A stretch of 64,000 nt of DNA from Gemmatimonadota bacterium. Its GTDB lineage: Bacteria > Gemmatimonadota > Gemmatimonadetes > Gemmatimonadales > GWC2-71-9. Positions 36,734 through 46,134 of this stretch are shown here, piece after piece. Position numbers and translations under genes: made by a program. Below the pieces are notes generated by a model. That model was not told the origin of the DNA and searched no databases. It saw only the letters and a list, made by a program, of their open reading frames with translations. How positions within the stretch are numbered: position 1 is the stretch's first letter; every line of letters starts with the position of its first letter. The stretch covers positions 16,545-80,544 of the forward strand of contig JAZDCZ010000040.1 in NCBI GenBank assembly GCA_036679605.1. The letters run 5' to 3'.

Positions 36734-36785
36734 TAGGACGCCCCTCTAGGACGCCCCTCTAGGACGCCCCTCTAGGACGCCCCTC
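36734..36785. repeat. Perfect 13-bp tandem repeat x4
   Basis: TAGGACGCCCCTC at 36734, 36747, 36760 and 36773. Confidence 0.97.
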
Positions 36786-36862
36786 TACGCGTCCGGCCGA
36801 CGACGACATCTCTGGGCTACAGACGACACCTGTTAGTCGATTGTTCGGCCTGGAGGTTCGTT

Positions 36863-37276
36863 ATGAAGATGTGGTCTGCTCTGGCCCTGACCTTCCTCGC
36901 CTGTGGCGGCGGGCAGAGCTTTGTTCCTGAGATTCCCGAGCTCCCACCAGCCCCGCTTGGGTTGGACCCCGACCTGGTTGCAACGCTTGGGAACCGACCT
37001 GTGTCGGCGGAGAAGGTGGCCTTGGGTTGGCAGCTATTCTATGACTCCCGCTTGTCCAAAGACGGGACGATCAGTTGCGCATCGTGTCACGTTGGGCGAG
37101 CCGGGTTCGCTGATCCGAGACAAGGCTCGGTCGGCGTCGGCGGAGCTGTCGGTGATCGCAACGCACCAACGGTCATTAACGCCGCCTTCAATGCTTCACA
37201 GAGCGCCGCGGCTGCCATTCGACGAATCGGAAGCGACGATGAGGTAGCCGGATGTCCAGAGCAACTTGCTGAGTGA
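36863..37276 (+). pseudogene. Truncated di-heme cytochrome c peroxidase (CCP/MauG), N-terminal part only
   Basis: Lipobox FLAC; EKVALGWQLFYDSRLSKDGTISCASCH...GDRNAPTVINAAFN, then similarity ends before the expected FWDGR; only one CxxCH. Confidence 0.75.
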
Positions 37277-38163
37277 CCACACCGGTGCCTAAGACGCTAC
37301 TTGTTGCCGGGGCGGCTGGTAACCTTGGTCGTCACGTCGTCTGCGAGGCTGTTGGCCGCGGACATCTTGTTCGCACGCTAGTCCACCGAACCCCACTTCC
37401 TGAAGATCTCGCTGCAGTTGTCACTGAGCAAGTCTGTGCTGACGCGCTCGACCAGTCACAACTCACAGGCGTGTGTGATGGTGTGCATACGGTATTCTCG
37501 TGTCTAGGCGCCAGCATCTCGCCCAGCTTCGCCAAAGGGCGACGGAGCTACACTCGCGTTGATGCGCCGGCAAACCGCAACTTGATCGATGCCGCACTTG
37601 CCGCAGGCGTCAAGAGGTTCGTGTATGTGAGTGTGGCGTGTCACGATCGGCTCGGCCACCTCAATTACGTTCGTGCTCACGAGCAAGTTGTTTCCGTATT
37701 GGCAGCGAGTGGTTTGGATTATTCGGTGGTTCGACCCACCGGCTTTTTCTCTGCATTCGCCGAGGTTCTAACAATGGCCGCGAAGGGTCCGGTGCCGCTG
37801 ATCGGGGAGGGATCGGCGAGGACCAACCCCATCCATGATGCCGATGTGGCGGCCGTGTGCGTTGATGCGGTCGAGGGCCAGGAGTGCGCGGAGGACGTGG
37901 GCGGGCCAGAGACACTTACTCGACGCGAGATTGTCGAGCTAGCATTCGACGCCCTTGGAAAGCGGGCCCGAATGCCGGCCATGCCGGCCGCCGTAGTTCC
38001 ATTGGTTGCCCTCCTGATGCGACCTGTCAACCCGCGTATGTCACACCTCTCGTCCTTCCTTGCCGCAGTCTCGACACAGGATGTTCTTGCGCCGAGTAGC
38101 GGCAGGCGTACGCTTTCGGCCTACTTCGCTGAGCGAATGCGTCAGAGCGTTGGATCTGGATAG
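37273..38163 (+). CDS. NAD(P)-binding SDR/NmrA-like oxidoreductase
   Basis: LVAGAAGNLG, AGVKRFVYVS, YSVVRPTGFF, NPIHDADVA, VGGPE. Confidence 0.9.
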   Translation: MTTPVPKTLLVAGAAGNLGRHVVCEAVGRGHLVRTLVHRTPLPEDLAAVVTEQVCADALDQSQLTGVCDGVHTVFSCLGASISPSFAKGRRSYTRVDAPANRNLIDAALAAGVKRFVYVSVACHDRLGHLNYVRAHEQVVSVLAASGLDYSVVRPTGFFSAFAEVLTMAAKGPVPLIGEGSARTNPIHDADVAAVCVDAVEGQECAEDVGGPETLTRREIVELAFDALGKRARMPAMPAAVVPLVALLMRPVNPRMSHLSSFLAAVSTQDVLAPSSGRRTLSAYFAERMRQSVGSG

Positions 38164-38277
38164 CGCGGCCTGGCATACAGGTGCCTCGTGACGGCTGTAC
38201 TGGCGTTCTTTGGTGTTGCCCCACATCATTCGAGAGGGGAACGTCGTCTTAGGGACTACTAGTGGGAGGCCGCCCTC

Positions 38278-39648
38278 ATGGCCGACCAACTCGATCGTCT
38301 GCGGACTGCTCTACAGGCTGGGGCTACCGGACCGTTCGCCACCCGTTCCGACTGTTACGCCATCGAGCGAGAACTCGGCCGCGGCGGGATGGCGATTGTA
38401 TACCTTGCCGAAGATCTGAAGCACCACCGTAAGGTGGCGGTAAAAGTGCTGCGCCCCGACCTGGCAGTGTCGCTCGGGAGCGGACGCTTCCTTCGTGAGA
38501 TCGAGATCGCGGCTCATCTCACTCATCCGCATATCCTTACCGTTCTAGACTCCGGCAACGCCGCGGGCTTTCTCTACTTCGTAATGCCATACGTCGAGGG
38601 AGAGTCTCTACGTGACAAACTCACACGAGAAATCGAGTTGCCGATCGTGGAGGCTGTCAGAATTCTGCGAGACGTTGTAGACGCGCTGGTCTATGCGCAC
38701 GATCACGGCGTGGTCCACCGTGACATCAAACCGGCCAATATCCTCATCTACCAAAAACACGCCATGCTCACGGACTTTGGAGTTGCTAAGGCACTGAGCC
38801 ACGCGTCTTCGGAAGAAGAACTGACTTCGGCTGGGATTGCGATCGGGACGCCCGAATACATGGCCCCTGAACAGGCTGCAGCCGATCCACACATAGACCA
38901 CAGGGCGGACATCTACTCAGTGGGGGCCGTTGCATACGAACTCCTGACAAGTCGTCCTCCATTCGCCGGAACGTCACCGCAAGCCGTACTTGCCGCTCAA
39001 ATAACTGAGGCTCCCGAGCCGGTGATGAACCGGCGTGCGACTGTACCGCCGGATCTGGGCCAGGCAGTGATGAAATGTCTGGAGAAGAAGCCGGCTGATC
39101 GCTGGCAATCGTGCAACGAACTACTTACACAGCTCGAGTCACCGGAAATTGGAGGGCCATCAGGTCGCTCAGTACCCGCCTCAAGCGGGGTGGGTGCTGC
39201 AAATCCACGACATTCGATTGCAGTTCTGCCTTTTATCGATTTGAGTTCAGATGGAAACAACGATTGCTTTGCAGATAGCATTGCAGCAGCGGTGATTGGG
39301 GAGCTTGCCAACGTGAGTGGTATCCGCGTAACTGCACGGACTTCCGCTTTTGCGTACAAGGGTAAGAACCAAGACGTGCGCAGGATCGCAGCCCAACTCA
39401 TGGTGAAGACTGTGCTCGAAGGAAGTGTGCTGCGGGTAGGGAACCGTGTCCGGATCTCTGCCCAGCTCATAGATGCAACGGATGGGTTCCAGCTTTGGTC
39501 GCAAACCCATGACCGAGAATTGAACGACCCCCTTGCAGTGCACGAAGAAGTGGCGAGGGCAATAGCAGAAACCGTGCGCGCTGAGTTATGTGGCGAGGAC
39601 GCGGTTGAGACAGATGCAGCCGTCATTCATGGTGACGGAGAAGACTAG
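38278..39648 (+). CDS. Hanks-type Ser/Thr kinase with TolB-N-like domain, no C-terminal TPR region
   Basis: LGRGGMAIVY, VAVKVL, HRDIKPANI, DFG, GTPEYMAPEQ; SIAVLPF...V.ARTSAFAYKG...VLEGSV...QLIDA..G..LWS. Confidence 0.92.
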   Translation: MADQLDRLRTALQAGATGPFATRSDCYAIERELGRGGMAIVYLAEDLKHHRKVAVKVLRPDLAVSLGSGRFLREIEIAAHLTHPHILTVLDSGNAAGFLYFVMPYVEGESLRDKLTREIELPIVEAVRILRDVVDALVYAHDHGVVHRDIKPANILIYQKHAMLTDFGVAKALSHASSEEELTSAGIAIGTPEYMAPEQAAADPHIDHRADIYSVGAVAYELLTSRPPFAGTSPQAVLAAQITEAPEPVMNRRATVPPDLGQAVMKCLEKKPADRWQSCNELLTQLESPEIGGPSGRSVPASSGVGAANPRHSIAVLPFIDLSSDGNNDCFADSIAAAVIGELANVSGIRVTARTSAFAYKGKNQDVRRIAAQLMVKTVLEGSVLRVGNRVRISAQLIDATDGFQLWSQTHDRELNDPLAVHEEVARAIAETVRAELCGEDAVETDAAVIHGDGED

Positions 39649-39700
39649 GAAAAAACAGCAAGCACGTATCTGCTTTTGCGTGTGTAGAAAGGAGGTAGCA

Positions 39701-40543
39701 GTGGGAGGATACGCACATCCCGAGGCTTTGGTTTCAACGCAGTGGGTGTCGGATCACATCGACGATGCCAACGTTAGAGTCGTCGAAGTGGATGTTGACA
39801 CCGAGGTCTACAAAGATGGTCACCTGCCCGGGGCAATCGCTTGGTCGTGGACCACACAACTTCGTGACAGCGTGCTCAGAGATATAATCCCGAAGTCAGA
39901 TTTCGAGGAACTCATGAGCTGTTCGGGAATCGCGAACGATTCTATCGTCGTGCTATACGGCGACAACAACAACTGGTTCGCAGCTTGGGCGTTCTGGCAG
40001 CTGAAAATCTATGGCCACGAGGAGGTACGTCTCATGAACGGTGGTCGCAACAAATGGATAGATGAAGGACGTCCGATTGCCGAGGAAGTTCCAGAAACCT
40101 CGATGACTTCTTATCAAGCCACAGGGCCCGACAGCGCGCTACGCGCGTTCCTGGGGGAGGTTAGAGCTGCGGTCGAGGAACGGGTTGTAGAACTTGTCGA
40201 TGTGCGCAGTCCGCAGGAGTTCAGCGGAGAGGTGCTGGCTCCCCCCGGAATGCCCGAGACATGTCAGCGCGGTGGCCACATTCCGGGAGCCCGCAACATT
40301 ACCTGGTCCAGGGCGTGCAACGAAGACGGTACCTTCAAGAGCTTTGAGGCACTGTCGCAGCTATATGAGGATGAGGGCATTACCGGAACGAAACCGATCA
40401 TCACGTACTGTCGGATCGGCGAGCGGTCGAGCCACTCGTGGTTCGTCCTGAAATACCTCTTGGGATTCGATCGGGTCGCAAACTACGACGGGAGTTGGAC
40501 CGAGTGGGGCAATCTCGTAGGGGCACCGATCGAAAAGCCGTAG
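39701..40543 (+). CDS. Thiosulfate sulfurtransferase (tandem rhodanese)
   Basis: GGAGG RBS and GTG 39701; GHLPGA, DVRSPQEF, GHIPGA, YCRIGERSS, YDGSWTEWG. Confidence 0.95.
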   Translation: MGGYAHPEALVSTQWVSDHIDDANVRVVEVDVDTEVYKDGHLPGAIAWSWTTQLRDSVLRDIIPKSDFEELMSCSGIANDSIVVLYGDNNNWFAAWAFWQLKIYGHEEVRLMNGGRNKWIDEGRPIAEEVPETSMTSYQATGPDSALRAFLGEVRAAVEERVVELVDVRSPQEFSGEVLAPPGMPETCQRGGHIPGARNITWSRACNEDGTFKSFEALSQLYEDEGITGTKPIITYCRIGERSSHSWFVLKYLLGFDRVANYDGSWTEWGNLVGAPIEKP

Positions 40544-40639
40544 CCGCCAAGTACGGCTACATGCGAACGGTACCCGCCAAGAAGGTGAGATCATCTTGCT
40601 GTTAGGTCATCGAAGTTGCCAGGATAAGGAGCAGACCAG

Positions 40640-41059
40640 ATGCCACGCGTTCGCGGCATTCTAGAGACCGCGCTTTATGTGAATGAAATGGACCGAGCTA
40701 CCGAGTTTTATCAGCGGGTGCTCGGGTTCGGCGTTTTGGATTCATCCGAGAGGCTCACTGCGCTACGGGTTGCGACCGATCAAGTTCTCCTAGTCATCAA
40801 GAAGGGGTCCTCTGTCCGACCAACCGAGAAGCCGTTTGGCACGATTCCCCCCACTGATGGAGACGGGCAACTGCACCTGGCCTTCGGGGTCGCGAAATCG
40901 GAGCTGCAAGATTGGGAGAACACCTTGCGGGCGAACGGGATCGAGGTGGAAAGCAAGTTGGAGTGGCCAGAAGGGGGATACAGTCTCTATTTCCGTGATC
41001 CGGACGGCCACATCTTGGAGCTCAAGACATCGGATTGGGGAGGGGCAGAGCTCGCGTAG
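40640..41059 (+). CDS. VOC/glyoxalase family protein
   Basis: ETALYV, FYQRVLGF, HLAF, SLYFRDPDGHILEL. Confidence 0.92.
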   Translation: MPRVRGILETALYVNEMDRATEFYQRVLGFGVLDSSERLTALRVATDQVLLVIKKGSSVRPTEKPFGTIPPTDGDGQLHLAFGVAKSELQDWENTLRANGIEVESKLEWPEGGYSLYFRDPDGHILELKTSDWGGAELA

Positions 41060-41256
41060 GGTGTTCTGTAGCGGCCTCCAGTACCATTCATCCCGTTCAG
41101 TCCCCGCCAATCCGTCGAGTTGCTTCCTGTTGGTTGGCAGATGCTTTGCATAAGACGTTCCGAGACTTGCAGGGCCTTTCTCATCTTCATAAGCGACGGT
41201 TGGCCTCCTAGACTCGGCTGGGGGGCGAATCGAGGAGTCGTTAGGTAACACGAGGG

Positions 41257-41337
41257 ATCATCATCGGTGGGGGTATCGGCGGGCTTTGCGTCGCCGACTC
41301 GCTGCAACGCGTCGGGATAGACGTCCGCGTCTACGAG
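41257..41337 (+). pseudogene. Fragment of an FAD-dependent monooxygenase N-terminus
   Basis: In-frame IIIGGGIGGLCVADSLQRVGIDVRVYE Rossmann motif, with no proper start and no continuation. Confidence 0.6.
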
Positions 41338-41424
41338 GTCGCAGCGGGCGGTAAGCACTGGGAGGTACAACGGGCTACCGGTGGAATGGTTGTGCTTCCG
41401 ATTCATAAATCATATATTCAGAAT

Positions 41425-41691
41425 ATGAAATATGCATTTAAAAGTAGGAAAAGCAGAGTCGGCGAGCGCGGTCAGGTCACGATTCCCAAGTCGCTCCGCA
41501 CCCGATATGGGGTCAAGCCAGGGCACGAGGTCGTGTTTGAAGAGCACCGGGACGGTCTGCTGATCAGGAAGATCCCGCGGGAAGACCCGCTCCGTGGGCT
41601 GCTTGGACGGGTGCGACTCAAGATGGATGTAGATAAGTACCTCGAAGAGGCAAGGGGTCCGCGGTGGAGTGCTGAGTTGGACGAGGAATGA
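41425..41691 (+). CDS. AbrB/MazE/SpoVT-family antitoxin
   Basis: VGERGQVTIPKSLR..YGVKPG.EV.F; ATGA overlap with PIN gene; TTCATA-N16-TATGAA inverted repeat over the start. Confidence 0.92.
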   Translation: MKYAFKSRKSRVGERGQVTIPKSLRTRYGVKPGHEVVFEEHRDGLLIRKIPREDPLRGLLGRVRLKMDVDKYLEEARGPRWSAELDEE

Positions 41692-42086
41692 TCACCGCTG
41701 TCGACAGCTCGGTGCTGTTGGACGTCCTAGTCGAAGGGTCGCCGCATTCGGAGGCGTCGTATAGCGCCCTTGAGGAGGCGTGCAGATCCGGCCGGATGAT
41801 TGCATGTCCGGTGGTTTGGGCGGAGGTGCGCGCCTTGTTCGGCCGGCAAAGTGAGATGGACGCATTGATCGACGCAGGAGTCGAGTTCGACCCGTTCGAT
41901 CGAGAGACATCGGAGACCGCTGGTCAGTTCTGGAAAACCTATTGGAGAAAGGGCGGTCGACGTACGCGATTGATCCCCGATTTTCTTGTGGCAGCACATG
42001 CACTGGTTCGGGCTGACGCATTGCTGACTCGGGATCGCGGATTTACTCGGCGATATTTTTCGAAGCTGAAGTTGATCACACCCTAG
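41688..42086 (+). CDS. vapC: VapC-family PIN-domain toxin
   Basis: AVDSSVLLD, VVWAEV, IPDFLVAAHA, LLTRDRG. Confidence 0.92.
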   Translation: MITAVDSSVLLDVLVEGSPHSEASYSALEEACRSGRMIACPVVWAEVRALFGRQSEMDALIDAGVEFDPFDRETSETAGQFWKTYWRKGGRRTRLIPDFLVAAHALVRADALLTRDRGFTRRYFSKLKLITP

Positions 42087-42277
42087 GTAACGATCTCGAT
42101 ACCAGAAAACGCGTCGCCTTAAAACACGCCGCATCCCTTCACATAGATCTCATCATTCCTTCAAGAAGTGCAGTCGAGCTACGCGGTACGCTTGATCTGC
42201 GCCAGTTGTCGGTCCCCTGGCATCCCTCACCTCTTATCTGCATCTTAGTTGAGCCGTTCGACTCTTCGAGGTCGTAA

Positions 42278-44980
42278 ATGACTGATCCTCTGGATCGTCT
42301 CAAGAACTCACTAGCTGACCGCTACTCAGTGGAGCAGGAACTTGGCCATGGTGGCATGGCCACGGTTTACCTGGCCCACGATCTAAAACACGACCGCAAG
42401 GTCGCCGTGAAGGTCCTACGTCCCGAACTCGTTGCTGTGATCGGAACCGAGCGGTTCCTTCAAGAGATCCGTGTCACCGCAAACCTCCAGCATCCGAACA
42501 TAGTGCAGCTCTACGATTCCGGCGAAGCCGACGGAGTTCTCTATTACGTGATGCCTGCCATCGAAGGCGAGTCGCTGCGGGACAAACTCGATCGCGAGAA
42601 CCAACTATCCATCGAGGAAGCCGTGGAGATCACGCGGGCCGTGGCCGGCGCACTCGATTACGCGCATCGGCGCAACGTAGTCCACCGCGACATCAAGCCT
42701 GAGAACATAATGCTGCAGGAGGGCACGCCGTTGGTTGCGGATTTCGGCATCGCGCTGGCGGTCACGAAGGTGGCGGGTGATCGCCTCACGGACACCGGGA
42801 TGTCGCTGGGAACACCCTCCTACATGAGTCCGGAGCAGGCAACCGGCGACCGCGAACTCACTGCTCGAAGCGACGTATACGCACTGGGGTGCGTGCTGTA
42901 CGAGATGTTGGCAGGCGATCCGCCGTTTACCGGTTCCAACGTGCAGGCCGTGATCGCGAAGCTGCTGGTAGAAAAACCGCTCGGGCTTCGAGCGATCCGC
43001 GACACCATACCTGCCAACATCGAGGCAGTCGTCGACAGGGCACTGGCAAAGGTACCGGCAGATCGTTTTAAGAGTGCTAAGGATTTCGCCGAAGCGCTGA
43101 CATCCACTGGAACGCACGTGACGTGGACGCCGGAAACGCCGATGCCGTTCCGGACCGGACGGAGGAGAACAGCGAGCTGGATTCGGACGCTCGCGCAGTG
43201 GAGGAATATCGTGCCGGCTGGAGCCATAGCGCTACTCGCGTGGGCCTTGCTGACGCGTGGTGGCGGTTCGTCATCGGCTGACACGGCCGGCAGCACCATC
43301 AGGCCAGTCACGAGGTTTACCGGATGGGAGATGGGCCCGAGCTGGTCACCCGACGGCACGATGATTGTCTACACTCACATAAACGAAGGGAGTGCAGAGA
43401 TCGCTACGCTGTCGCTGGGTGGTGGTGATCCTCATATCCTCACCGCCGAGCCGACAGACGAAATCAACCCCCGTTGGTCGCCCGACGGGACGAAGATCGC
43501 CTTCCTTTCCGATCACGGTGCCGGAACCAACGTCTATTGGATCCCGCCCACCGGAGGAGCCGAGCGGAAGCTGGTGGAGACCGACATTCCATTCCTGGAC
43601 AAGCCGTGGGACTGGTTTGGCGTAATGGGAGCCACTCCCTGGTCGCCCGATGGGCAGGAGCTGCTGTTCGCGAGGCGGCACCAGACCGGAGAGGTGGCTC
43701 TTTGGAAAGTGAATCTTTCGACTCGCGAGCAAACACAGCTCACGACTCCGCCACGTGGCGCCTCGGATTTGTTTGCGTCGTGGTCGTTTGACGGAGAGTC
43801 GATCGTGTTCACGCGCACTCAGATAGCAGGGAACAACTTATGGCTGTTGTCGGCCGCGGGTGGTGAGGCGTCGCTGCTTCTTGGAGACGAGCACTTCAAC
43901 GGCATGGGAGCGTGGTTTCCCGACAACCAACGGCTCGCGTTTACGTCCACCAGGGGCGGTGCCATGAACATCTGGGAGATCTCTCTGGGCACCGGCGCGC
44001 TGCGCCAGTTGACCATCGGGGCGGCGGGAAACGACTATCAGCCTGTGGTCGCTCGGAACGGATTGATCGCCTACGCGAACTACGATCATCAGGTCGACAT
44101 CCACTGGATGCGGCTGGACGCAATCGAAGGGAAGCACGAGCGTCTCACTGCATTCGTGGGAGATTACTTCGGGGCCCGAGTAGCGCCCGACGGCGGCAGC
44201 GTACTGTATTCTTCCACGCGGGAGGGCCTCTATAACCTGTGGTTGCTTGACCGCACGACGGGCCAGCACCAAAGGTTGATCGACTATCCAGCCAACGACA
44301 GGCTGCCGGACTGGTCTCCGGACGGGAAGGAGATCGTGTTCTTGTCGGATCGGGACGGGGCCGTCAAGCTCTGGGTCTTCGAGATGGAGAGCGGCGCCGT
44401 GCGGCAGCTCACCGACCATGTGCTTCCCTGGTCAATGCATCCTGCAGAAGCGGGCGGCCCACGCTGGGCGCCCGACGGGAGCGCGATCGGGTACATCGCG
44501 TCCACGGAGGAGGGCAACACAATCTGGCTGGTTGCGCCGGACGGTAGCAACCCACATCCCTCTGTGGTACAGAGTGCGCTCAGTTTTGGTTGGTATCTGG
44601 ATGGTCAGCGGGTCGTGTACACCCGTGAGGCTCCCGACGGTTCCGGTCTGGTGGAGTTACGCGCGGCACATTTTGGGACGGGCGAGGATGTGTTATTGAG
44701 GTCCGGTGCGATAGCCGAATTGGAGGTGTCACCGGACGGCAAGACGCTGTCTTTTGTCGACGCGGTTAGCCACCTAACGATGAATCTCCAACTGCTACGC
44801 TTGGCTCCGCCCGCGACGCCGAACGGGCTGCCCCGTCCCGTGGGTGGGCCTCAACAGGTGACCTTTGGTGGCGGCATTTGGCATGTCCACAACGGAGGAT
44901 GGGCGCCGGACGGACAGGGCCTCGTCTATTCGCGGGACAGAGACTTCGGCGACATCTACCTCATCGAGTCGAATCGGTAA
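42278..44980 (+). CDS. Membrane Ser/Thr kinase with TolB-like (PD40) beta-propeller domain
   Basis: Kinase motifs HRDIKPEN, DFG, GTPSYMSPEQ; TM segment; many WSPDG repeats. Confidence 0.93.
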   Translation: MTDPLDRLKNSLADRYSVEQELGHGGMATVYLAHDLKHDRKVAVKVLRPELVAVIGTERFLQEIRVTANLQHPNIVQLYDSGEADGVLYYVMPAIEGESLRDKLDRENQLSIEEAVEITRAVAGALDYAHRRNVVHRDIKPENIMLQEGTPLVADFGIALAVTKVAGDRLTDTGMSLGTPSYMSPEQATGDRELTARSDVYALGCVLYEMLAGDPPFTGSNVQAVIAKLLVEKPLGLRAIRDTIPANIEAVVDRALAKVPADRFKSAKDFAEALTSTGTHVTWTPETPMPFRTGRRRTASWIRTLAQWRNIVPAGAIALLAWALLTRGGGSSSADTAGSTIRPVTRFTGWEMGPSWSPDGTMIVYTHINEGSAEIATLSLGGGDPHILTAEPTDEINPRWSPDGTKIAFLSDHGAGTNVYWIPPTGGAERKLVETDIPFLDKPWDWFGVMGATPWSPDGQELLFARRHQTGEVALWKVNLSTREQTQLTTPPRGASDLFASWSFDGESIVFTRTQIAGNNLWLLSAAGGEASLLLGDEHFNGMGAWFPDNQRLAFTSTRGGAMNIWEISLGTGALRQLTIGAAGNDYQPVVARNGLIAYANYDHQVDIHWMRLDAIEGKHERLTAFVGDYFGARVAPDGGSVLYSSTREGLYNLWLLDRTTGQHQRLIDYPANDRLPDWSPDGKEIVFLSDRDGAVKLWVFEMESGAVRQLTDHVLPWSMHPAEAGGPRWAPDGSAIGYIASTEEGNTIWLVAPDGSNPHPSVVQSALSFGWYLDGQRVVYTREAPDGSGLVELRAAHFGTGEDVLLRSGAIAELEVSPDGKTLSFVDAVSHLTMNLQLLRLAPPATPNGLPRPVGGPQQVTFGGGIWHVHNGGWAPDGQGLVYSRDRDFGDIYLIESNR

Positions 44981-45010
44981 ACGGCCCACCAAGGCGCGGA
45001 GGGTTGCGCA

Positions 45011-45895
45011 ATGAGAATCAACGTCGTGATAACAGGTCTGCTCTTCATTGGTAGTACGCTACTCGTGCCGCAGAGCCTCGAAGGCCAAGCTGCAACCGTT
45101 GAAGTGAACGGAGTTTCGCTGCGCTACGAGGTCGAGGGTAGCGGCAAGCCGTTGGTTCTGATTCACGGGTGGGCGTTGAGCCGCACCGAGTGGGACGGCC
45201 AAGTGGAACTACTCTTGCCTTACTACCAGGTTATTCGCTACGACCGCAGAGGTTTTGGGGAATCCAGTGGAAAGCCGGACGGCACCGCGGATCCCGCCGA
45301 TCTCAAAGCGCTGATCGAGACTCTCGGCTATGCTCGAGCACACATTCTGGGCCACTCACAGGGTGGCTCTGTGGCGCTCACGTTCGCCGTCCGTTACCCA
45401 GAGATGGTCGACGGACTGATCCTGTTTGGTCCGGGCCCACCGGCGGATGGATTCGGCCTCGCTTGGGACGGAGCAGACGCGTTCCCCTTCGCGGAGTGGA
45501 CTGAGATAGCGAGAACCCACGGAATCGATTCACTCAGGGCAGCGATGTCTTCGTTGGCAGACATAATGTTTCCCGGCCAGCCGGAGGGTGCCCGACGTGC
45601 CCGTCAGCAAATCGCAGCGTATCAAGGACTCGATCTGATCGCGCCTGCTGCACCTTCGAATCTCGTTCAACCGGCACGAATAGACGAACTACGGACGGTG
45701 CGCGCGCCAACATTGGTCATCGTGGGGCAATACGAGATGCCGTACAATCAGGTGTGGGCGGATGCGCTCACCTACGGAATCACCGGAGCGAAGAAAGTCG
45801 TCGTTCCCGGCGGTGGGCACGCCGTGAACTGGGTCGAGCCGGAGCGGTTCGTTGCTGAGATACTGCGGTTCCTGCGGGAGGCGGAGTTCCCGTAA
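45011..45895 (+). CDS. Secreted alpha/beta hydrolase
   Basis: Signal peptide; LIHGW, YDRRGFGES, GHSQGG, GGGH. Confidence 0.92.
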   Translation: MRINVVITGLLFIGSTLLVPQSLEGQAATVEVNGVSLRYEVEGSGKPLVLIHGWALSRTEWDGQVELLLPYYQVIRYDRRGFGESSGKPDGTADPADLKALIETLGYARAHILGHSQGGSVALTFAVRYPEMVDGLILFGPGPPADGFGLAWDGADAFPFAEWTEIARTHGIDSLRAAMSSLADIMFPGQPEGARRARQQIAAYQGLDLIAPAAPSNLVQPARIDELRTVRAPTLVIVGQYEMPYNQVWADALTYGITGAKKVVVPGGGHAVNWVEPERFVAEILRFLREAEFP

Positions 45896-45910
45896 TGAAC
45901 CCCGAGGTGC

Positions 45911-46120
45911 CTAGCGACGGTGCCAGTGCCCGTGGGCCGCCGACCAGACACGGCCCTCGTCCCGATCTTTGCTCCCGGTTCTGAAGATCAGCGCGGTCGC
46001 GATCACGAGCAGCGCACCCACGACGAGCACTGCCACCGCCAGCTTACCTCGGCGCCGACTGTCATGCCGCTCTTTCTCTCGTTCGGCCCGCCGCGTGCGG
46101 GCCATCTTCTTGGTGGACAT
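45911..46120 (-). CDS. Small membrane protein
   Basis: Basic N-terminus, one TM helix, C-terminal VWSAAHGHWH; GAGGT RBS; follows kinase. Confidence 0.65.
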   Translation of the reverse strand: MSTKKMARTRRAEREKERHDSRRRGKLAVAVLVVGALLVIATALIFRTGSKDRDEGRVWSAAHGHWHRR

Positions 46121-46134
46121 TTAGCTACCTCTAG

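Noticed and set aside
36276..36785. CRISPR array
   Set aside because: Repeat units are 10-13 bp with no or very short spacers, and no cas genes are present.
38171..38185. Sigma54-like TGGCAT...GTGC upstream of the first kinase
   Set aside because: GG-to-GC spacing is one base short of the invariant -24/-12 spacing.
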